The translations under genes were made by a program, and so were the position numbers. From IMG/VR virus record IMGVR_UViG_3300042275_000805: 64,000 nt of DNA, one strand, 5' to 3'. Positions 61,201 to 64,000 of this stretch are shown here, one piece after another. Origin of the DNA: an uncultured virus (IMG/VR IMGVR_UViG_3300042275_000805). Taxonomy: Duplodnaviria; Heunggongvirae; Uroviricota; Caudoviricetes. How positions within the stretch are numbered: position 1 is the stretch's first letter; each line of letters begins with the position of its first letter. The notes under the pieces were generated by a model. It searched no databases and was not told the DNA's origin. It worked only from the letters and a program-made list of their open reading frames with translations.

Positions 61201-64000
61201 AGATGATCCTGTTAATACTCCACCTGTTTTCACGACGGCGCCTGAACTTGAAATCGAAGCGGGGCAAACATGGACATACGACTTTGCCGCGACGGATGCC
61301 CAAGCTGATGCCGTGACATATCGTTTGTCTTTGGCACCGGAGGGAATGGTGCTTGATGCTGATTCTCATCAATTGATATGGCAGACACAGACGGATCAAA
61401 CCGGGTCACACAAGATCATTCTCAGTGCGACCGACAGTCTGGGAGAAGTGTCTGCACAGGTCTTTACCCTGAACGTGCAAGCAGCCAACCGTGCACCAGG
61501 ATTTGTAACCACCACCATCGACGACGCCGTGGTGGGCAACATATATCAGCAGAAAGTTGAAGCGATTGATCCGGATGGTGATACACTGAGTTTCAGCTTG
61601 ATCGATCCTGCATCCGGTATGGTGATTGACCCGGATACCGGTTTGATTGAATGGACACCATCTCTTACGGATATTGGTGATCGTGAAGTTACCGTTCGCA
61701 TTGCAGATGGACGTGGCACGTTCGTTGAGCGAACCTTTACTTTCAGCGTTTCTCAACTTGCAGTCAATTCGATACCCGTCATCACTTCGGTGCCCACGGG
61801 CCCGGCACTGGCGGATGCGGATTACCGTTATATTGTGACGGCTGAGGATGCCGATGGTGATGTTCTGTCTTACAGTCTGACGCAATCCCCTGTGGGAATG
61901 ACCATTGATGAACAGACCGGTGAGTTGAGTTGGTTGCCCGGCCATGAATTTATCGGCAACACGGTTGACGTTGCGATTCGGGTTGGCGACGGTCGTGGCG
62001 CCTATACAACACAGTCATTCAGTTTACCTGTGTCAGAACAGTCGATTGAAAACAATACTTTGCCGGTGATCACGTCTGATCCCACCGGTCCCGCAACCGT
62101 GGGACGTCAGTACCGTTATGCTGTCGTTGCAAGTGATGCCAATGGTCAAACGCTGACCTATTCGCTTGCCAACGGGCCTGAAGGTGCAGTGCTTGATCCT
62201 GTGACAGGTGTTTTGACATGGACACCCGTCGATCATCAGGCTGGAACGCACAGCATTGTTATCGAAGTCTCCGATGGCATTGACACTGTGAGTCAGTCCT
62301 TCGATCTGGAAGCTGTTGTTGATAGCAATAATTCTGCGCCCGATATCGATTCATTGCCAACTGGTCCGGCGGTGGTCGGTTTGCCTTGGCAGTATGCGAT
62401 TCAGAGCAGCGATATCGATGGTGATGAAGTGACTTTGACATTGACCGATGCACCGGGTGGTGCGTTATTGGATGCGCAAACCGGTATTTTGTCCTGGACA
62501 CCTGATGCTGACGGACTGTACAGCTTTACGGTGACAGCTGCTGACGGACGCGGTGGTTTGGTAAGTCAGAGTTTTGATCTACTGGTCAATTTGCCTGAAA
62601 ACGCAGTCAATACTGCTCCTGTGATTTTAACCACACCGGCAGGTTCAGCCATTGCGGGTGAACTTTATACTTACTCCTTTGCTGCCAGTGATGCGGATGG
62701 TGATCCACTTACATACAGTCTTGATACCACCATTGTCGGTATGAGTATTGATGCCCAGACGGGAGTACTGACATGGACGCCGGACAACAGTTTGATTGGA
62801 ACCTCACAATCTGTGGTGATACGTGTTGATGATGGGCGTGGCGGCATCTTGACTCAGAGTTTTGATTTGGATGTGGTTGACAATGTCCCGGAAAATAATG
62901 CTGCGCCGGTCATTATGTCGACACCATCAGGTTCACCGATGGTTGGGCGTTTGTTCCGTTATCAGGTGACTGCCACTGATGCGAATGGTTCGACGCTGTC
63001 ATATGCGTTAAGCGATGCTCCACAAGGGATGCAGATCGATGCAACGAGTGGACTGTTAACATGGACACCCAGCGATAACCAGCTGGGTGAAGCTTCGGTT
63101 GTACTGAAGGTGACCGATGGCACGAATACTGTCAGCCAATCCTTTACTCTGACGGTACTCAGTGACGCTAATAATAACTTACCAACGATAGGTTCGACAC
63201 CTTACGCGACTGCAGCGGTTGATCGTCCCTATCAGTATCAGGTCGCAGCGGCGGATTCGGATGGCGATGTTCTTCGCTATGGCCTGGTTGATGCTCCGAC
63301 CGGTATGCAAATCAATGAAGCGACAGGCTTGCTTACCTGGACACCGACAAGTGTTCAGGAAGGCGAACATACCTTTGCTATCAATGTCTACGATGGGCGT
63401 GGTGGCGTTACCATTCAGACAGTGAGTTTGCAGGTTTCGGTGCCCAAAGATAATCAAGTGCCGGTTATTGACAGTCAACCGCGCATCACGACACAGATTG
63501 ACACACTTTACCGTTATGACATTTCCGCTAATGATCCGGACGCCAGTGGTAATGAGCAGTTGATTTATACGCTTATCCAGGCCCCATCTGGTATGTCAGT
63601 TGACAGCAGTGGTGCTTTGACGTGGACACCTGACAGCAGTCAATTGGGTAATCATGATGTGGTGCTTGAAGTGACCGATGCGCAGGGTGCATCCCAATCC
63701 CAAAGTTTCACTTTAACGGTGACTCAGGAAGCAACCAATCAGCCACCGGTGATCACATCAAATCCTGATGTCGCTGCAAAGGTTGGGAATACTTATCGCT
63801 ATGAATTAACAGCAAGTGATGCGGATCATGATACCGTGGTCTTCCTGTTGGAAAATGCCCCCCAAGGCATGTCGATAACACAGACTGTTTCCGGTCATGC
63901 AATTTTAACTTGGCAGCCGGATGTCGATCAACTCGGGCAGCATTCCATTGAAATTACGGCCATGGACCCATACGGCTTAAGCACGAGTCAAACCTTCACG
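43289..64000 (+). CDS. Giant secreted repeat protein (>6,900 aa, 3' end beyond window): LEPRxLL leader, FG-GAP, PKD, 4x LamG, propeller, putative-Ig, fibro-slime
   Basis: ATG 43289 gives MRLSRR...FSLEQMEPRVLLNG; the same frame reads MDPYGLSTSQTFT at the window end; no stop-terminated ORF in this frame appears in the track. Confidence 0.9.
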   Translation, partial: MRLSRRALGWLNLRYRSVISHMRVGEPCMGAWWSDQCAKVQAILHRLKKKTVKTARRLFEHHAQSFSLEQMEPRVLLNGDPSFLAADTYAWGSGYSGQVMVVDLENDQMSEIIRQPVYRDTNYRLLNNNEDGTFGDVDLLPTAGGYGQLIFEDLNDDGYLDMISVGSSNDRVGISYNDQLGGFDEMSFYATGDAPYGVGIADFDNDGIKDLMVTHSEWVEGTDWYGGVRFLKGLEDGTFASYTNAYPLDMSSSYYSDGAYVIHAGDLDADGNADLLVADYYGYGVSLLKGAGDGTFSENQTLGIYTENPDGLSNQRVFEDINLDGHRDLMVAQYYSNQVTFAFGHGDGTFSVQTYSLTTAEYGTSFEMIGASLGDANNDGYLDIVFSIYDYNDYSQHIMIATGNGDGTFNQANEIDPGSSISTNYTPILADVNDDGWDDVIFAGYYDQGNVHVVLNEGVSINHGGPYALSEGESIVLHGTADDPAVLDLMEWDFDYDGVTFDVDAIGANPTFTAGPDGTYVIAVRAPDGEGGYNVLQTLVNVTELPPVVEVSGVSQIDQGVEFSLDINAYDPGGDLITSLTIDWGDGQVETVDPTVTSAQHVYTFADSYQISVAAQTEDGLSSTELSSLIVEQIVDPVAIMGAVLSMDEGQTVVLTSDIGNNTPTETIYNWIVTRDGMPIVPALVTDESTFTFAPDDNGAYDITLEVLMDGMGARYSSQIQVDNVAPELSSVQTNGVIDEGSQANVTGFVADAGLADVLTLTIDWGDGEVLDYELPVGSTSFDFSHVYTDDNPTGTASDTYDVTVSLADDDGGVALPLTVTQDVLNVAPLVDVQVTSLNPEAGSQVDFVTTITDPGADTFVYSWTLWFEGDQIATGDSSDFSFVPDSNGVYDIHLTVTDDDTGSVNQTYQLDVAPGAQIYDLPSSVAEGQVLDLTGASIADDVSGDFVYRWELHSQNSGQLLASSDTTSFSYQFVNEDDVELTFTVTDALGRESQVIKQWNVANLPPVLDWSNLPTSAYEGDVITFDVEVSDPGMNDSVWMDWWIYFYDDTVYYEAYGSGSTISFTPPEQGSYYIEINAYDDYGGYVYDSRTIDVLNVAPSVSIIGVPEQIDEGNSVQLTAEVSDPGEYDTAFTYDWQIFKDGQLYQSGSDSEITFLPDVVGTYDIQLQVTDKDGAIGSETISITADDVAPTAQIGFTSSTLYEGQSLALTGQSTGEATDGALTHIWRVLKDGQVYVADTERSAGQNFNVNFDDDGIYIVEYTVLDDDGGSDTAVKSLTVLNTNPTLSLTGVNTVQQDSEYTLVLAYSDLGTDTITQWDIDWGDGTIQTVDGTLASITHAYAVAGAYAIHATATDEDGTYAGPVKNITVNPRALITGSGQVSEGSDYSVLLDANPVFDAGSSIAWSIDWGDGTVTENITDTTQAINHVYADNAQYTVIATAVVDGQTYQSTQHLVTVSDVAPVITVVGLNDVNALEPVSLEFSATDVGLDTVSQWIIDWGDGQSSVVQGDAINEASHAYSQADIYQVTVSAVDEDGVHDAADYPILVRGEELLDFTCTEPWTWRQAGGTVDLTGLVTEVPEGLLITEGDSFVVEVMQNITLPTHTDWYVFEFDDLVFDQSDNFIRDAFEVAILDADGQTLVDTFSNGTDTYFNITEGFNEQTGDGVLMFGNTIAIDVSQIPDGTDAQVVFRLVNNDSDMNTSVVLVCAELPVVTTSGPATVNEGDTYILNVDLSGSNADIVTHLNIDWNDAPGNIQTVAVTDLSMMIDHVFADGFAQHDITVTALDSLGRQIQSEPLAVTVSNVDPTLVIEGAQTGTVDQAYVLSLLSSDPGADTISQWSIDWGDGSDVQVVTGNPSSVDHVYTTAGEHIITAMATDEDGSYDANQITTTIDPTVVINGDAMVDEGDLYTLNLAINGMEADGWQINWGDGSELQTVIGSLDQITHTFADGDEQHTITATAITSQGDYQAASVTVDVANVAPTLNISGNATVTATLAYTLNLQSSDPGADTISQWTIDWGDGTPGSIQTVDGSLESVTHTYDLAGDYNITATATDEDGAYAANTQNVTVNPMVSMSGSPADEGSVFTLNMTYIGLTDTQWTVDWGDGVIETGPTDATQATHVYADGDAVYTITATIDSTQGQYAVAPTTAVIGNVAPTLTITGDSNVDVEQLYALDLSSVDPGDDTIATWTIDWGDGSDLQTVAGDLSTVTHVYLLAGVYTIAASATDEDATFDANTVEVNAHPVPTIAGNSSTFEGDTYTLALATAGIAPDGWTIDWGDGNIETLAGNPDHATHVYADGDNACTITATAQTDMGDYAAASFDLTVTNVAPTLTIAGDEQINVEELYTLNLASIDPGDDTITQWQVDWGDGTPGSIETITGNPSQVTHTYTTAGDYTITATATDEDGTFIANTQDIAVEPVASISGDSSVAEGDSYTLDLALAGIVAQSWTIDWGDGPGSPETLTGDLDAASHVYADGDQSHTITVYATTSRGDIDAGTLQINVTNVAPTLTISGDDTVIVNASYTLDLTSADPGDDTITQWSINWGDGSDVQVVAGNPDSVIHTYTSAGNYTITATAIDEDGTFNANTQDITVDPVLTISGDSTVNEADTYSLNLAIDGITPESWTINWGDGLTQVISGNPASVTHVFADGDANMTITATANTSLGDFVAASHAINVLNVAPTLITSGDANTIVNQTYTLDLASSDPGDDTITQWSINWGDGSDTQIVTGSPDSITHVYTLAGDYTISATATDEDGTFTANDTTLNVAPIVTMTGNGMAVEAQNYILTVDAIGLTSNTWTIDFNDGTPVVTVTGDGQLQVPHVYADGPAQRTVTATVVSDQGTFAPVDLLVNVMNADPLLAISGADTTPVNQDYTLNLAVNDPGDDTVDSWTIDWGDGNTEIVDGSLDSVTHQYALAGDYTITASAVDDDGIYAASPLDVTATPVVAITAPVSIDEGSAMTLDLSAIGLVGASWDIDWGDGSTQTIAGDPTQVSHVYADGDQSHTISATVTNSVGTFAADSVTVAVLNVDPTLTIAGNDTVDVNTDYTLSLASIDPGADTITQWSIDWGDGSAIQVVADNPGNVIHNYDQAGDYTITATATDEDGTFSANTQTVTVDPVLTITGDSTTNEADIYTLNLSVDGITPDSWTIDWGDGTAETITGNPSSITHIFADGDANVIITATANTSLGDFVAQTLTVDVLNVAPILTISGDSSANVQSDYTLTLASIDPGADTISQWNIDWGDGLSSIVFGDPTSFTHQYDTAGSYTITATATDEDGTFTANDIEVTIDPVLSITGNNTVAEADLYTLDLSVDGIVPESWTIDWGDAPGSTEVITGNLTSVTHTYADGDNTYTITVTANTTLGDFAAGTVDVDVTNVPPTLTIAGDSNTSVNDTYTLALTSVDPGDDTITQWTINWGDGTPGSIETITGNPDEITHTYTTAGSFTITATATDEDGTFIANTQNVTVDPVLSIAGDSLVNEGDVYTLALDVIGITPESWSIDWGDGHVEVITGNPSAVAHTYTDGDTARTVIATANTMLGDFTAQSLDLTVLNVAPILTIAGEDVADTGADYTLDLTASDPGDDTIDHWTIDWGDGSALQTVAGNPLQVIHVYNTEGTFTITATATDEDGTFDANSIDVISDIPVQPDISGELESDEGDVYTLILDSDTLPDGQWTVDWGDGTVEQVTPVLETTSHVYADGDATYQINASITDGTFTYNAEAFTVTVNNVDPTLTLDGNTISAVGVDYTLNLSSTDPGTDTITHWTINWGDGSDALIVDGDPDTTVYAFAAAGIYTITATATDEDGTFVASNDVIVEVSEESCETPGLLEDLILYYSFDEGVNPTGPVTLIEDQTIYDNDGTMMPGSNEADGPDFMRGVVCTGLRFDGMDDQLIAADSSSLDAQCTDITFSMWIRINDSDDNTTMTLLSKRDPDGCESGYAIDYNPATNTLRLLGGGDNEAWAEDVDLDTGWHHIAITYDKGCYCSWSEAKFYVDGENVTTNSSVSNINSNGLDLVVGGPATDDTGENFRGFRGDMDELRIYGRKLSASDIQYLAGFENIPNNDAPTVDLGEDITMTLPQATLELNAIVGDDGLPTPPGMTTVNWTLLSGPTSVGFSSTDSASTTLNFTEVGTYVLRLTADDGSLLASDDITITVNPPANLNDGLIAHWTFDSDHCHTAVDNTGNGHDGYISGADHEAGYIDQSLEFDGWNDYVSVAPMDILADDGSRTDQLTISAWINADDFGTSDARIISKADGTSSDDHYWMLSTVNDCGQIKLRARLKTDQGWCDSTVTLTGDEILEAGQWTHVMMVYDGSELKLYQDGVAVGSTQLAGNVSVNHCVGVRIGDNPVGSRFFDGNIDDVRIYNRALSESERQQLANSEVGNQAPQVTAGDDVVVLDGDTITLSGSVSDDGLPEEGTLSTQWVVVSQPEGSTVQFADATALNTAVQVSTPGEYVFKLIASDGELTSYDEVAITQLAPVDLADGLIAHWHMDEGAGNLVTDTSGNDNHGTLDDGTWQDNGQLGGSLSFDGVDDAVSLGNLDITNKQGDAVQAMTISAWFNADDFNTDDARIISKATGTATSEHYWMLSTFNDNGQIKLRARLKTAGHGTVTLIADAGDIQAGQWTHAAMVYDGQTLSLYQDGVLVGSTSVYGAVATNDDVQATIGANPEGGRNFDGQIDDVRIYSRALEAHELTAMVNLPNDNRAPQVDVGDDVVTDTTESADVALHVTITDLTIPDGQQVSGFWTLVSGPTDVTFDDANSTDTTAHFSSPGSYVLRFTATDGSLTSIDDMTVFVPADADLDFGLVAHYTMDTDGFAQDISGNANDGDIRGARLDTGYIGGAMKFDGRNDRIDLGNLDITDDAGQTVNSMTITAWFNADDFGTDDARIISKATGTSEDDHYWMISTIKDHGQMKLRARLKTADGQTTTLIADASNLHAGDWTHVAMIYDGQTIKLYQDGVEVGSIAMSGDVAVNSNVAVRIGDNPVGNRYFDGKIDDVRIYSRAIDATELASLISPVTDELPSQRRFFVADAGVIAVTADDAVNRVFAYNSSFSESGSFAIDDIELADPVGIATDNGEKLWMLDSEGNITVMNNVGGILGQWHADGLVNPTGITVDHHDLYVVDAGTNSVMRFSYQTNRVDGSASGQTVFTLHAENTHADDLVTDGHHVWVVDSQADEVFVYEMDGDLDGRWQLDTRNSDASGITIGTHHQKDIWTVDRSTGEVFKYRNAMYWDFESGPMTASDVDALAGENLQPEAIADPLNLVGAVDDITDLFDGITLTDLSDRFDATYGTTSYNLAEQTLLAELELINRSNSDVDGPLILGIINLSDPDVSVLDIDGVTSGGMPYFDLTSMLEEGSIAPGSSLSDLVLRFENPNEGRFTYDLVIMGTLNEAPYFTSSPELTVSPDVPYVYDADAIDPDGDVLTYTLLSSPDGMTIDSATGQINWAPTAEDEGNYSVIIQVDDGRGGSAQQSYNLTVETVPNRPPLFVTTPVLDANVATAYMYDADAVDLDGDVLTYTLQSGPEGMSIDSMTGQINWTPSDDQLGEHNVSILVDDGQGGQATQDYTILVLPAEGNHAPVITTLPNLSVASSVTNDSGIRSVAFNTTVRDFDYSHPDFESFLSGQINGLVMDQLGTDRTPVANTDNSSFYSAITSAESFYDWYHDVEGVNMTAQIPLVFTETEEGSGLFVYNSSSFFPINGMLLQEGSGGTNYAFTLEMHSTFTYLGGETFNFTGDDDVWVFIDDQLAVDIGGVHGAVSKSVNLDDLNLTIGESYTFDLFFAERHTSESNFRVSTTLQLGDFQQYDYDVNAIDADDDVLTYELLDAPEDATIDSETGEITWQPSELGTYSFTMQVRDGQGGFDSQTWEVEVKELYSDNQDPVFDSTPTVLDAQVGRTWVYDVDATDPDGDRVLYSLLQSPVDDDNLIDSTTGVLTWTPTEAGQYTFTVRANDDFTGRSDQTFVVNVVESDDPVNTPPVFTTAPELEIEAGQTWTYDFAATDAQADAVTYRLSLAPEGMVLDADSHQLIWQTQTDQTGSHKIILSATDSLGEVSAQVFTLNVQAANRAPGFVTTTIDDAVVGNIYQQKVEAIDPDGDTLSFSLIDPASGMVIDPDTGLIEWTPSLTDIGDREVTVRIADGRGTFVERTFTFSVSQLAVNSIPVITSVPTGPALADADYRYIVTAEDADGDVLSYSLTQSPVGMTIDEQTGELSWLPGHEFIGNTVDVAIRVGDGRGAYTTQSFSLPVSEQSIENNTLPVITSDPTGPATVGRQYRYAVVASDANGQTLTYSLANGPEGAVLDPVTGVLTWTPVDHQAGTHSIVIEVSDGIDTVSQSFDLEAVVDSNNSAPDIDSLPTGPAVVGLPWQYAIQSSDIDGDEVTLTLTDAPGGALLDAQTGILSWTPDADGLYSFTVTAADGRGGLVSQSFDLLVNLPENAVNTAPVILTTPAGSAIAGELYTYSFAASDADGDPLTYSLDTTIVGMSIDAQTGVLTWTPDNSLIGTSQSVVIRVDDGRGGILTQSFDLDVVDNVPENNAAPVIMSTPSGSPMVGRLFRYQVTATDANGSTLSYALSDAPQGMQIDATSGLLTWTPSDNQLGEASVVLKVTDGTNTVSQSFTLTVLSDANNNLPTIGSTPYATAAVDRPYQYQVAAADSDGDVLRYGLVDAPTGMQINEATGLLTWTPTSVQEGEHTFAINVYDGRGGVTIQTVSLQVSVPKDNQVPVIDSQPRITTQIDTLYRYDISANDPDASGNEQLIYTLIQAPSGMSVDSSGALTWTPDSSQLGNHDVVLEVTDAQGASQSQSFTLTVTQEATNQPPVITSNPDVAAKVGNTYRYELTASDADHDTVVFLLENAPQGMSITQTVSGHAILTWQPDVDQLGQHSIEITAMDPYGLSTSQTFT
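48430..54740 (+). repeat. About 12 tandem ~525-nt PKD-dyad repeats inside the giant ORF
   Basis: DPGxDTI.QW.IDWGDG recurs at about 48776, 49302, 49826, 50349, 50882, 51404, 51932, 52451, 52974, 53498, 54026, 54554. Confidence 0.85.
59465..64000 (+). repeat. About 14 putative-Ig/cadherin-like repeats inside the giant ORF
   Basis: NxxPVIxSxP...YxYxxxAxDxDGDxLxYxL...PxGMxID..TG.LxWTP...DGRGG units about every 280 nt. Confidence 0.85.

Noticed and set aside
43706..63478. Many short ORFs in the track, including the 335-aa ORF at 56585-57592
   Set aside because: Off-frame or antisense shadows of the giant ORF

Overview
Planctomycete-like DNA (inferred from the LEPRxLL leader of the giant gene) in three blocks. 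(1) 1-~30,060: right part of a long-tailed prophage, mostly on the minus strand. It holds tail, tape measure, chaperone and tail tube genes, a protease-capsid fusion, a lambda-type portal and GpA-like terminase, a ParB-methyltransferase and a primase/helicase/RusA/Sak4/RecE-like replication module, plus a divergent sigma-like gene and large serine recombinase. The tail tube gene is split by an intact 2,482-nt group II intron (6049-8530) with RT/maturase/HNH ORF and matching EBS/IBS pairings. (2) ~30,200-42,600: a defence/signalling island. It has a recombinase relic, a tight operon of radical SAM + small conserved protein + Avs-like nuclease-STAND NTPase, a membrane-anchored TIR protein, a translationally coupled SMC-like ABC ATPase + HEAT-repeat histidine kinase + double-wHTH response regulator operon, and an AT-hook nucleoid-type protein. 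(3) 43,289 to beyond 64,000: one giant secreted-protein ORF of >6,900 codons (FG-GAP, PKD, LamG, propeller, putative-Ig, fibro-slime) missing from the ORF track because it has no stop in the window. The two island operons are the best candidates for undescribed systems. All family calls are by motif recognition, not database search.
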